Assembly (NCBI GenBank): GCA_963803295.1
Contig: CAWDMC010000017.1
Span: forward strand, 6,791 to 70,790
DNA length: 64,000 bases
Direction: 5' to 3'
From: an uncultured Acidobacteriota bacterium
GTDB taxonomy: Bacteria; Acidobacteriota; Terriglobia; UBA7540
The notes beneath the pieces are model-generated. The model was given only the letters and a program-made list of their open reading frames with translations, made no database searches and was not told the origin of the DNA. Made by a program: the position numbers and the translations under genes. Shown piece after piece: positions 20,953 through 31,303 of this stretch (within the stretch, counting starts at the first letter, position 1; each line of letters begins with the position of its first letter).

Positions 20953-21741
20953 ATGGCAATTCCGTATTACCACGTTGATGCATTCACGGGTGAGCTCTTT
21001 GCAGGTAACCCGGCGGGGGTCTGCATCCTGTCCACTTTTCTCGCGGATAGCATCATGCAGAAAATTGCGGCTGAAAACAGACACAGCGAGACCGCTTTTG
21101 TTGTTCCTCGCGCTGATGGTGATTTCGACTTGCGCTGGTTTACACCCGAAGTCGAGGATGACCTCTGCGGGCACGCGACCTTGGCATCCGCCTATGTGCT
21201 CGCGCTGCGGAAGCACAACGTGTGGCCGGTTCGCTTCCACACCCGCAGCGGCGTGTTGACCGTCGCTCAGAACCAAGACAGCTTTGAAATGGACTTTCCC
21301 GCCAGGCCACCCCAACCCTGTGAGGTGCCAGTCGACCTCTTACCAGCCCTGGGTTTGCAAGCGGCCTTAGTAATGAAATCGCGCGATTACCTCGTGGTGG
21401 TGGATCAGGCTGAGCAAGTGCGAGCGCTCTCGCCCGATATGGCCGCTCTCGCCAAACTGGACATCGGGATCGGCGGAACGATTGTTACCGCTCCCAGCGA
21501 GGGTGACGTGGATTACGTGTGCCGATTATTTGCACCGTCGGTCGGCATCGATGAGGACCCCGCAACCGGCTCGATACACTGCGCACTGGCGCCCTATTGG
21601 GCGGGGCGGCTGGGTAAGGACACCTTGCGTGCGCAACAACTCAGTGTCCGCGGTGGATCCATGCAGTGCACACTCGGTCGAGATCGCGTAAAGATCGCCG
21701 GTAGGGCACGCTTGTACCTTTGCGGCACGCTCGAACTCTAA
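20953..21741 (+). CDS. PhzF family isomerase
   Basis: IPYYHVDAFTGELFAGNPAGV, ETAFV, FTPEVEDDLCGHATLA, DEDPATGS. Start placed at ATG 20953. Confidence 0.88.
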   Translation: MAIPYYHVDAFTGELFAGNPAGVCILSTFLADSIMQKIAAENRHSETAFVVPRADGDFDLRWFTPEVEDDLCGHATLASAYVLALRKHNVWPVRFHTRSGVLTVAQNQDSFEMDFPARPPQPCEVPVDLLPALGLQAALVMKSRDYLVVVDQAEQVRALSPDMAALAKLDIGIGGTIVTAPSEGDVDYVCRLFAPSVGIDEDPATGSIHCALAPYWAGRLGKDTLRAQQLSVRGGSMQCTLGRDRVKIAGRARLYLCGTLEL

Positions 21742-21935
21742 AGCGTTCGCCTCCAGAAAATTGCTAGGAGCAGGGAGGGTCCGGGTTGGCGGAAATCCGG
21801 TCTTGCTCAAGCGACCGCGGCAAAAATGCCGGCGGAGGTGCTAGAATCAGCCATTGGCGGCGCGCACTCTAAAACCGGCCGCGTCTATCGATCCGTGACT
21901 GCAGACCCAGTAAAGATGAGCGCGAGGCGATTGTC

Positions 21936-22988
21936 ATGATGAAGGACGAAATCTACCAGCAGCCGGCCGTGCTGTCAGGCGTGAGGAAATATTACTCAAG
22001 CCCTGGTGCTATTGCTGAGAAGCAGCTGCGCAAACTGGCAAAGCGCTGGCCGCCGGTAGTCATCTTCACCGGCATGGGCTCTTCTTTATTTGCGGCATAC
22101 CCGGCCCAGGCTTATTTGACGTCGTTGGGCATTCGCGCTTTTGTTTGGGAAACGGCGGAGCTGCTGAATCACCATCTTAAAATCCTCAAGCCAGACGTGT
22201 TGCTGGTAGCCGTATCGCAATCGGGTGAAACCATCGAGATTACCCGGCTGCTCGATCGTATGCCGGATAATGTCGGAGTGGTTTCGGTGGTCAACATCGA
22301 GGCTAGCACTCTGGCCAGGCGGGGCGCGCTGTTGCTGCCCATGATGGCCGGACGCCAGTCGGTGGTTAGCACCAAGACCTACATGTGCAGCGTAGCGGTG
22401 CTGATGTACCTGGCCGTGACCCTGGCCGGCGAAAGCACTCGCTCGCTGACCACCGCGCTGGTGAGCGCGATCGAGGCGCAGGAGCGGGTTCTCGATGAAG
22501 CCGACTCGCTGGTCGAGCCTTTAGTGGAATTCCTAAACAACCCACCCTATGTGTGTTTGATGTCGCGCGGAGCCGATCTTTCAACCGCCTTTCAGGGGGC
22601 GCTGACACTCAAAGAAGTGGTCCGGGTGGCCGCCGAGGCCACCAGCGCCGCGCAGTTCCGTCACGGTCCCATCGAGATCATCCATCCTACCCATCGCTAC
22701 ATCATCTTCGCGCGCGCGCCCCTGCGCGGCCAGCGCCACACCGGGAAACTGCTGGTAAAGCTGGCCGAGGATATCCGCACCCACGGGGGACGGGTCCTGC
22801 TTTACAGTGACAGCGCGGCAAAGCTGGCGGCCAATCTCCGGGTGGTCGAGGTCGATCCGATACGGCTGGGTCTGGGAACGCTGCTCGACACCTTACACAT
22901 TCAATTGCTGGCACATGAACTCGCGTTGCGCGCCGGTCTGGAGCCGGGAAAACTTCGCATTGCCGATGAAGTGACTTTAGAGGAATAG
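21936..22988 (+). CDS. SIS-domain sugar-phosphate isomerase/deglycase-like protein (GlmS isomerase-domain-only type)
   Basis: EIYQQPAVL N-terminus and two SIS modules (VIFTGMGSSLFAA, LLVAVSQSGETIE, then a second SIS with RGADLSTAFQGALTLKEV). Confidence 0.75.
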   Translation: MMKDEIYQQPAVLSGVRKYYSSPGAIAEKQLRKLAKRWPPVVIFTGMGSSLFAAYPAQAYLTSLGIRAFVWETAELLNHHLKILKPDVLLVAVSQSGETIEITRLLDRMPDNVGVVSVVNIEASTLARRGALLLPMMAGRQSVVSTKTYMCSVAVLMYLAVTLAGESTRSLTTALVSAIEAQERVLDEADSLVEPLVEFLNNPPYVCLMSRGADLSTAFQGALTLKEVVRVAAEATSAAQFRHGPIEIIHPTHRYIIFARAPLRGQRHTGKLLVKLAEDIRTHGGRVLLYSDSAAKLAANLRVVEVDPIRLGLGTLLDTLHIQLLAHELALRAGLEPGKLRIADEVTLEE

Positions 22989-23045
22989 GGAGAACCCTCT
23001 CCCAACGGAACGCGCGCGCTACTTCACCAGGGAGGAATTCATTTC

Positions 23046-23801
23046 ATGCTTTTAGAGGGCCAAGTCGCACTGATTACAGGAGCCGGCAGTGGCATTGGAC
23101 GCGCTACAGCCGAAGCCCTGGCGCGCCAGGGAGCGCGCGTGGCGGTGAATTATCACAAGAATCGCACCGGCGCTGAAGAGGCGGCGGACGCGATCAGCAA
23201 AACTGGCCGCGAGGCCATGCCGGTTCATGCCGATGTCACCCGTGCCGAGGAAATTCAAGCTATGGTGGCCGCGATCCGCGAACACTGGGGCCGGATCGAT
23301 ATTCTCGTGAACAACGCCGGCGACTTGATTGCCCGCCACACGCTGGCCGATATGACCGAGGGCCACTGGGACGCCGTCATGGACCTGAACCTGAAGAGCG
23401 TCTTCCTCTGCAGCAAGGCGCTTTGGGAGGAAATGGCGGCTCGCAAGGGCGGTTGCATCATCAACGTCTCTTCTATTGCAGGACGTAACGGCGGCGGCCT
23501 GGGAGCGGCTGCTTACGGTGCGGCCAAGGGCGGTTTGATCGCGTATACCAAGGGGCTGGCGAGAGAACTCGCGCCCCATGGAGTCCGCGTCAACGGGGTC
23601 GCTCCAGGGGTCATTGCCACGCCCTTCCATGAACGCCACAGCTCCGGCGGCCTGTTCGAAAAATTCATCACGACCATACCCATGGCCCGTGCGGGGACCT
23701 CGGAGGAGATCGCGGATGTCATCGTGTTCCTCGCCTCGCCCGCGGCCCGCTACATGACGGGCGAGACCGTAGAAGTGAATGGCGGGCAGTTGATGGACTG
23801 A
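23046..23801 (+). CDS. SDR family oxidoreductase (FabG-like)
   Basis: ALITGAGSGIGRATA, NNAG, SSIAG...YGAAKGG, and C-terminal YMTGETVEVNGG. Confidence 0.9.
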   Translation: MLLEGQVALITGAGSGIGRATAEALARQGARVAVNYHKNRTGAEEAADAISKTGREAMPVHADVTRAEEIQAMVAAIREHWGRIDILVNNAGDLIARHTLADMTEGHWDAVMDLNLKSVFLCSKALWEEMAARKGGCIINVSSIAGRNGGGLGAAAYGAAKGGLIAYTKGLARELAPHGVRVNGVAPGVIATPFHERHSSGGLFEKFITTIPMARAGTSEEIADVIVFLASPAARYMTGETVEVNGGQLMD

Positions 23802-23946
23802 AGCGGTTTCGACGTGAGGCACTTTCCGGCTTTTAGCTCGACGACCGGGCTGGCTTCATTCCCTCCCGAATCACCTCTGCCGGGATGCGCCTTCTGCGCG
23901 TGTTAGAATAACCATCAGCCTGAATGGAGGCTGCAGGGGAGACACT

Positions 23947-24441
23947 TTGCCCGAACGTCGTATTCGAATCGCCTTGGGTTCGGACCACGCTGGCCTTCCG
24001 CTCAAAAAAAAGATCCACACATACCTGGCGAGCCGGGGTTACGAAGTGGAGGACCACGGCACCGATACCGCCGCGTCGGTGGACTACCCCGATTTTGCGG
24101 AACGAGTGGCGGCTCGCGTGGCTGCCCGGCAAGTCAACTGCGGCGTACTTTTCGATGGTGCGGGCGTGGCGATGGCCATGGCTGCCAACAAGGTACCGGG
24201 AATCCGCGCTGCCCCGTGCAGCGATACCCTGACGGCACGGATGGCGCGTGAGCACAATGACGCCAACGTCCTGGCCATGGGCGGACGCACTGTCGATGAG
24301 TCGACAGCCAGGAACATTCTCGACACCTGGCTCGCGACTGCGTTCGCCAGCCGGCATCAGCAGCGGCTGGATAAAGTCGCGGCAATCGAGAGAAAGTATC
24401 GAACGTCGGGCCGGGAGGCCGGCGCCCCCAACAGGCAGTAA
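23947..24441 (+). CDS. rpiB: ribose-5-phosphate isomerase B (RpiB/LacA/LacB family)
   Basis: TTG start. IRIALGSDHAGLPLKKKI, GVLFDGAGVAMAMAANKVPGIRAA, AREHNDANVLAMGGR. Confidence 0.88.
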   Translation: MPERRIRIALGSDHAGLPLKKKIHTYLASRGYEVEDHGTDTAASVDYPDFAERVAARVAARQVNCGVLFDGAGVAMAMAANKVPGIRAAPCSDTLTARMAREHNDANVLAMGGRTVDESTARNILDTWLATAFASRHQQRLDKVAAIERKYRTSGREAGAPNRQ

Positions 24442-24551
24442 GCAGCAGACAGTCAGGGCCGGTAGCCGGTAGCGCAGACTTCGCTTTCCGGAAGCCTGCG
24501 GTTTGTCAGCATTAAGAAGGCAACCGGAGCCCAAACACGAAAGAGGAATTT

Positions 24552-25835
24552 ATGACCGCTATCGTTCACGCTCCAGCCCATGTTCTGGAAGACACTGATC
24601 CCGAGATCTGGCGGGCCATCCACAACGAAGTCGACCGTCAGGCGCATACCATAGAATTGATCGCTTCTGAGAACTTTGTCAGCGAAGCGGTGCTCGAAGC
24701 ACTGGGTTCGGTGCTCACCAATAAATATGCCGAAGGACTGCCCGGAAAGCGCTACTACGGCGGCTGCGAATTTGTGGACGTGGCGGAGAACCTTGCCATC
24801 GAGCGCGCCAAGAAGCTTTTCGGCGCCGAACACGTCAACGTTCAGCCGCACTCCGGCGCCCAGGCAAACCAGTCCGTCTACCTGACCGTCCTGAAACCCG
24901 GAGATACCGTGTTGGGCATGAATCTGGCCCACGGAGGCCATCTTACCCACGGCCATCCCCTGAACTTCTCCGGCAAGATGTACAAGATCGTGCCCTATGG
25001 CGTGCGCAAGGATACCGAGACCATCGACTATGACGAGGTCGAAGCCCTGGCCCTCGAGCACCGGCCGCGTCTGATCATCGCCGGCGCCAGCGCCTATCCG
25101 CGCCTGATCGATTTCGAGCGTTTCGGTGCCATCGCCAAGAAAGCCGGGGCGCTGCTGATGGTGGACATGGCCCATATCGCGGGCCTGGTCGCCACCGGCC
25201 TGCACCCGAGCCCTTTCCCTCACGCCGACTTCGTGACCACCACCACGCATAAGACGCTGCGCGGACCGCGCGGCGGCATGGTTTTCTGCACCGCCCAATT
25301 TGCCAAGGAACTCGACAAGGCCGTCTTTCCCTGCCTGCAGGGCGGTCCGCTCATGCACGTCATCGCTGCCAAAGCGGTCAGCTTCAAGGAAGCGCTCGAG
25401 CCCGAGTTCCGCAACTACCAGAAGCAGATCGTAGCCAATGCCAAGACGATGTCAGACACGCTGTCGGCCGAAGGCTTTCGCATCGTTTCGGGCGGCACTG
25501 ACAATCACCTGATGCTGGTGGACGTATTCTCCCAGAAGGTCACGGGCAAGCAGGCCGAGCAGAACCTCGACAAAGCCGGTATCACCGTGAACAAGAATGC
25601 CATTCCCTTCGACGTGAATCCGCCCATGACCGCCAGCGGCATTCGCATCGGTACCCCCGCCGTCACCACGCGCGGCATTAAAGAACCCGAGGCGAAACAA
25701 ATCGCCTTGTGGATCTCCGAAGTGCTGCACCATCTCGATGATGAGCTGGTCCAGAGGCGAGTGCGTTCTGAAGTCGAAAATCTTACGGAGCGGTTCCCGC
25801 TTTATGAGAGCCGGCGGGCGGTCCAGGCCAGATAG
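24552..25835 (+). CDS. glyA: serine hydroxymethyltransferase
   Basis: [26 protein letters not shown], and PLP-lysine block [15 protein letters not shown]. Confidence 0.97.
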   Translation: MTAIVHAPAHVLEDTDPEIWRAIHNEVDRQAHTIELIASENFVSEAVLEALGSVLTNKYAEGLPGKRYYGGCEFVDVAENLAIERAKKLFGAEHVNVQPHSGAQANQSVYLTVLKPGDTVLGMNLAHGGHLTHGHPLNFSGKMYKIVPYGVRKDTETIDYDEVEALALEHRPRLIIAGASAYPRLIDFERFGAIAKKAGALLMVDMAHIAGLVATGLHPSPFPHADFVTTTTHKTLRGPRGGMVFCTAQFAKELDKAVFPCLQGGPLMHVIAAKAVSFKEALEPEFRNYQKQIVANAKTMSDTLSAEGFRIVSGGTDNHLMLVDVFSQKVTGKQAEQNLDKAGITVNKNAIPFDVNPPMTASGIRIGTPAVTTRGIKEPEAKQIALWISEVLHHLDDELVQRRVRSEVENLTERFPLYESRRAVQAR

Positions 25836-25941
25836 AGCCGATGACGCGCGCCTAGGATCCCTCTCTTGTTCCTCAAGTGATTAAGCCGGTCGACAACTCC
25901 TGCCAAATCCTCCGCATCGAAGGTGGGGAAAGTCCACTTGG

Positions 25942-27000
25942 ATGAGAATCGCGGCGCCCCATTGCATTGTCGCTGCTGTGATCCTGGCGATCATAAGCAC
26001 CAGCGTTCTGTCTGCTCAGGTTCCTCCACCAGCGGCACAGCGGTCAGAGTCGACGGCCGTAGAGAATGGGAACAAAGCGATACTCCCCGGTGCATCCGCA
26101 GGGTCACGCCGCAGGGACGGCTTCACGATCAAGGCAGATGTGAATCTGGTCCTGGTTGAAGCGACCGTTCGCGACCGGCGCGGTGCTCTCGTTGACAACC
26201 TTACGGCTGGGAATTTCCACCTCTTTGAGAACGGCGTCGAGCAGCAGATCAGCTACTTCTCGCGCGATGAGCTTCCTTTGGCCGTGGCGCTTGTTGTCGA
26301 TTGCAGCGGCAGTATGGGTCCGGCTTTGAAGCAGCTGCACCATGCCATCTACGACATTCTTTCCCCCCTCAAACCGGACGACGAAGTGGCTCTGTTTGAC
26401 TTTGCCGCGCGAGCCGAGCTGTTGGCAGGCCTGACGTCTGACCGGCGGCGAATCGGCGATGGTATCGGCGGCATCCATGCGGAAGGTGGAACGCTCATTC
26501 CCGACGCTCTCTGCGACGCGTCAGAGTATCTCGCTCGCGCAGCGCCGCACCGGCGGCACGCGGTCATCCTTTTCTCCGACAATGCCAACACTCTGCAAGG
26601 ATACGCGGATGAGAAAAGAGTTATTCGCGAAGCTTTGGAATCGGAATCCGTTATCTACAGCATTAAGGTCGAACAAAACCCTCACCCGCACAAGATGTAC
26701 GTGATCTTGCCCATTTTCACCGATGTCTCAGTGCCGAAGATCGTCTACCAGACGGGCGGAGACGTGATCGACGCCGCGGGTGTTCGAGATATACCGGCTG
26801 CGATAGCTACGTCAATCGCTAGAATCAAGCAGCGATACACGCTGGGCTACTACAGCACCGACCATCGCCTTGATGGCGGCTTCCGCACAATCAACGTCCA
26901 CGTCGCTGCAGGCTCAGCGGATTCCGGCGGGGAATACACCGTCTACTCTCGCCAGGGCTATTACGCCCGCACTCAAGAGTCTTCCCGGATTCAGCCCTAA
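25942..27000 (+). CDS. VWA domain protein of the VWFA-related acidobacterial type
   Basis: Signal peptide, then VNLVLVEATVRDRRGALVDNLTAGNFHLFENGVEQQISYFS, and a MIDAS-like VALVVDCSGSM. The architecture is as I recall for TIGR03436. Confidence 0.8.
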   Translation: MRIAAPHCIVAAVILAIISTSVLSAQVPPPAAQRSESTAVENGNKAILPGASAGSRRRDGFTIKADVNLVLVEATVRDRRGALVDNLTAGNFHLFENGVEQQISYFSRDELPLAVALVVDCSGSMGPALKQLHHAIYDILSPLKPDDEVALFDFAARAELLAGLTSDRRRIGDGIGGIHAEGGTLIPDALCDASEYLARAAPHRRHAVILFSDNANTLQGYADEKRVIREALESESVIYSIKVEQNPHPHKMYVILPIFTDVSVPKIVYQTGGDVIDAAGVRDIPAAIATSIARIKQRYTLGYYSTDHRLDGGFRTINVHVAAGSADSGGEYTVYSRQGYYARTQESSRIQP

Positions 27001-27309
27001 AGCGCCCAACAGGCTGTAATAATGGGCGTGTTGTCATTTGCTCGGATAGCGGCGTCCCACTGATGCGACGAGTGTCCCGAGGACAATTGCAATTCCGAGC
27101 TCGGCTGTCCCCAGCACCATGAACCAGACCACGACTTTTACGGCTAGACTCATAAAAACGACCCCCATGGTCTTATCGGCTCTTTAGCGACATGGCTTTA
27201 ATGTCTTGTTGGCATCCGCTGCCATCCGCCGATTGGGCGACTACCTTACCTGTTGTGTTCCCACAGAAAGTATGCGAGGCCACCTGTAGGAAGCCAAGAG
27301 GAGTGTGCA

Positions 27310-27657
27310 GTGAAAGAGAAAAATGAGGTTCGACAGGGTACTTTGGCGCTGATGGTGCTCAAGACTCTCGATGTGTTGGGGACGGTGCACGGCTATGGGA
27401 TTGCACGTCGCATCGAGCAAATCAGTGGAGATCTGCTGGCGGTGAATCAAGGCACTCTATACCCGGTGCTGTTGAAGCTGGAGCAGGAGGGCGCGATTGC
27501 CTCCGAGTGGGGCTCTTCGGAGAATAACCGCAGGGCAAGGTTCTACCGGCTGACCCGCAACGGACGCAAACAGCTTCAGGCCGAGACTCGGGAATGGGAG
27601 CAGACCGCCGCCATCATCGCCCGATTCTTTGCAGCGAAAGCGGAGGATTTGCGATGA
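27310..27657 (+). CDS. PadR family transcriptional regulator (acidobacterial type)
   Basis: GTLALMVLKTLDVLGTVHGYGIARRIEQISGDLLAVNQGTLYPVLLKLEQEG. GTG 27310 is preceded by AAGAGGAG, and the stop overlaps the downstream ATG (ATGA at 27654). Confidence 0.85.
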   Translation: MKEKNEVRQGTLALMVLKTLDVLGTVHGYGIARRIEQISGDLLAVNQGTLYPVLLKLEQEGAIASEWGSSENNRRARFYRLTRNGRKQLQAETREWEQTAAIIARFFAAKAEDLR

Positions 27658-30442
27658 GAGTGCTGAGGCGATTTTTCACGCGCCTGGTCACGTCGGTGCT
27701 GGGACGGCGAGACGAAGAGCGGTTAAGGGAAGAGATCGAGGAGCATGTTGCGCTATTGACCGCGGAGAACCTTCGCGCCGGCCTAGCGCCGGTGGAGGCG
27801 CGACGCCAGGCGTTGCTGAAGTTCGGCGGGGTGGAGGCGACCAAGGAAGACTATCGGGATCAACAAGGCTTCCCGTTTCTCGAAACCCTACTGCAGGACA
27901 CGCGTTACGCCCTGCGGCGTCTGCGCCGGGCTCCAGTCTTCGCCATCACGGCTGTCCTAACGCTGTCACTTGGAATCGGAGCGACCACCTCGATCTTTAC
28001 CCTGGTGCATGCCGTTCTGCTCAGGTCGTTGCCGGTGTCGAACCCTAACCAGCTTTATCGCTTGGGCGACGTTCTCCATTGTTGCGTATGGGCCGGGTAT
28101 AGCCAGGGTAGCGAATTCTCGATTGTTTCTTATGATCTCTATCGGCATTTCCGCGATCACACCAAGGGCTTCGAAGAATTGGCCGCATTCAAGGCCGGCG
28201 AAACCTTCTTGGGGTACGGCGCGCCCACAGCGCCAATGGTGCAGCCAATGGTGCAGAAAGTTATCTGGGCGAATTCGTTTCCGGCAATTACTTCACGATG
28301 TTCGGCTTAGGCGCTTACGCCGGACGCGCGCTCAAAGCGGCCGACGATCAGCCCGGAGCACCGCCTGTAGCCGTCATCAGCTATCGCGTGTGGCGTCAGA
28401 AGTACGGGCTGGATCCGTCGGTGATCGGCGGTGTCTTCAACATCAACGATAAACCGTTCACCGTTGTCGGTGTCACTCCTCCGCCCTTTTACGGCGATAC
28501 CCTACGAGACACACCACCTGACTTCTTCCTGCCGCTTGCGACCGAACCTCTCGTTCAAGGCGATAGCTCAATGCTTCACCAGTACGACCGGCACTGGCTC
28601 GGCCTGATCGGGCGCATCCAGGCGGGCGCGGCGCCAGCGTCCATCGAAGCCCAAATGCGCGTGGAACTGCAAGGGTGGCTCCGATCGCATCTGGCGGAGA
28701 TGGGTCCAAATGACCGCTCCAGACTCTCGCAGCAGACGCTGCATTTGAGTCCCGGAGGCGCCGGAATCACCAGCATGCGCCAGGAGTACGAGCACTGGCT
28801 GCGGATACTCATGATGGTGGCGGGCTTCGTATTGCTGATCGTCTGCGCGAACGTGGCGAACCTGATGCTGGTTCGCGGTATGGAGCGGCGGCAACAGACC
28901 TCGCTGAGCGTGGCCTTGGGTGCCCGGCCGGCGCGGCTGGTCCGCCAAGCGCTGACTGAGAGTGTGACCCTTTCGTTGCTCGGGGGCGCGGCGGGTGTCG
29001 TGGTTGCATTCGCGGGGACGAGCCTGATTCTGCATTTCGCGTTTCAGAGCACCGCGGCTTTGCCCATTAGTGCGTCGCCGTCACTCCCGGTACTTCTGTT
29101 TACGTTCGGAATTTCGCTAATCACCGGCGTCGCATTTGGCATCGCTCCGGCGTGGATGACCACCCGCGCCGATCCCATCGAGGCGCTTCGGGGCATCCAT
29201 TATTCGACGCGCCGGACCGGCTCACTTCCGCGCAAAACCCTGGTGATTCTGCAAACAGCGCTCTCCTTGGCGCTCCTGTCCGCCTCGGGACTGCTGACGG
29301 AGGCGCTGCACAAACTGGAGCGCCAGGACTTTGGCTTCGAGCAGGACCGGCGCACGGTGGTGAATATCGACCCGGTGCTCGCCGGCTACAAGCCGGAACA
29401 ACTCGAGTTGCTTTATCGCCGTGTCCACGATTCCCTGGCGAGCATTCCGGGAGTATCGTCGGTCGCCTTTAGTCTCTATTCGCCCCAAAGTGGGGACAAC
29501 TGGAACGAACTGATCTACGTTGAAGGCCGCCCGGCTCCTGGGCCTTCCGATAACAATATTTCTTGGATCGATCGTGTTTCTCCGGGATACTTCGAGACTA
29601 TCGGCAACCCCATTATCAGGGGACGCTCGATCTCGGAACAAGACACGGCGACCTCGCGGCATGTGGCTGTAATCAATGAAACGTTCGCACGAAAGTTCTT
29701 TAAGAATGAAGACCCCATGGGGAAGCATTTCGGCAATGCCGAAATAAAATCTGCAGCGGAATACGAAGTTGTGGGCGTGGCTAGGGACGCACGTTATCTG
29801 ACCGACTTCGAAAAGCCTGCGGTCGCGTTCTTCTTCGTGCCCGAGTCGCAATCCGTTGTATTTGCGAGCCCGAGCAACAACGTAGGCGAAGCGCGGACGC
29901 ATTTCCTGCACGATATCGTCGTTCTAATGCGACCCGGCGCGAAATTGTCCGAAGAACAAGTGCGGCACGCCCTTGCTGACGTCGATCCGAAGCTACCAGT
30001 AATGAGAATGCAGAGTCTCAGCGACCAGGTGGCCGCGAATTTCAGTCAGCAGCGTCTCATCGCGCGACTCACCTCGCTATTCGGGATTCTTGCGCTCGTG
30101 CTGGCCTCCATCGGACTTTACGGCGTGACCGCCTATACGGTCGGCAGCCGCACCAATGAGATCGGAGTGCGGATGGCGCTCGGCGCGGGCCGCGGCCGCG
30201 TAATCACCTTGATTATGCGCGCGGCACTGGTTCTGACCGCGCTTGGCCTATTGCTAGGCCTGCCCTTGGCTTTGGCGGCGGGACGGTTCCTGGGGAGTCA
30301 GCTTTACGGAAGTCACCAGGGAGATCTCACAGTCATGGCGGCGGCGATCCTTACTCAGGGTTTGTCCGCGTTGACTGCGGCCATAATCCCGGCATTTCGG
30401 GCAAGTTCGATCTCTCCGGTGGAGGCGCTGCGGGCCGAGTAA
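27654..30442 (+). CDS. ADOP-family duplicated FtsX/MacB-type permease with no adjacent ATPase; frame break at G4 run 28211-28214
   Basis: MRVLRRFFTRL...EEIEEHVALLTAENLRAGL...DTRYALRRLRRAPVFAITAVLTLSLGIGATTSIF is the characteristic ADOP N-terminus. After FKAGETFLG the family sequence continues in the -1 frame (VRRAHS...GEFVSGNYFTMFGL). A second MacB-periplasmic plus FtsX module follows. One extra G would restore the frame. Confidence 0.85.
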
Positions 30443-30485
30443 ATCCTTCTCCCTGAGCAGCCAGCGCTGCAACATATCGTTCAGA

Positions 30486-30501
30486 TGGCGCATACATTGC
30501 G
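30486..30501 (+). promoter_or_regulatory. candidate sigma-54 (-24/-12) promoter
   Basis: TGGCGC-ATACA-TTGCG against consensus TGGCAC-N5-TTGCW, with correct GG/GC spacing. It is intergenic, about 205 nt upstream of ATG 30707. Confidence 0.3.
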
Positions 30502-30706
30502 ATGTGTGAGTTGTCTTCCTCGGTTCGCCAAACGCCGGCATCCGGCCGATCCCGGTGAACAGACCGCGTCAGAAGAGCGAGTCCGGAATCGCAGACATGC
30601 AGCATGTCTGCGCCACGCCGACCTCCCTTCTCGCCCTACCCGAGATGCTATTGAATTGCGCTGCCTGTTCTCATAGAATCCTTCTTTCCTGAAAGGAGAA
30701 TCCTCC

Positions 30707-31303
30707 ATGGCCAGGAACTCAAATCACCGCCGACGGAAAGGGATCACGCGCCGCGAGTTTCTCGAGACCGGCATTGCCGGATCGCTGGTGGCCGGCGTTG
30801 CCTCGGCGCAGTTCTCCGCCCCGAAGCCGGAAAAGCGCGGCAGAAAGCCGCAGCCTCTCAGCGAGCGTGATCGCAAGACGCTGGCGGCCGCGATCGACGA
30901 AATCATCCCGGCGAGCGATGGCATGCCCTCAGCGGGCCAGGTGGGTGGCGTCCAGTATCTCGACCGCGCTGCTCGCGAGAATCGGGAGATCGCCGACGAG
31001 TTACACAAGAGCCTGGACGCCTTGAACGGCACCAGCCAGAAGCGTTTCGGCAAGGGCTTTACGGCGCTGTCCCACCAGGAAAAGGTTCAGGCGCTTTCGA
31101 GCCTCGAACAGTTGGACGCGGCGGAATTCGCCGCCTTGCGCGATCACGTTTATGAGTCCTACTACACCCAGCCGGCGGTGTGGAAGAAGATCGGTTACGA
31201 CTTCCACCCGACCAATGAGGGCGGCCCGATGATGAAGCCCTTCGATGAATCGGTGCTGGCCGAGGTCCGGAAGAAACCCAAGTATTACCGGGAGGTGCCG
31301 TGA
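30707..31303 (+). CDS. gluconate 2-dehydrogenase subunit 3 family protein (Tat-exported small subunit)
   Basis: Twin-arginine leader RRRKGITRREFLETGIAGSLVAG. Stop overlaps the GMC gene start by 4 nt. Confidence 0.8.
   Translation: MARNSNHRRRKGITRREFLETGIAGSLVAGVASAQFSAPKPEKRGRKPQPLSERDRKTLAAAIDEIIPASDGMPSAGQVGGVQYLDRAARENREIADELHKSLDALNGTSQKRFGKGFTALSHQEKVQALSSLEQLDAAEFAALRDHVYESYYTQPAVWKKIGYDFHPTNEGGPMMKPFDESVLAEVRKKPKYYREVP

Noticed and set aside
23052-25358. Long minus-strand ORFs 23052..23822 (256 aa) and 24453..25358 (301 aa)
   Set aside because: They are antisense to the SDR and glyA genes respectively. Both are compositionally biased shadow ORFs without motifs.
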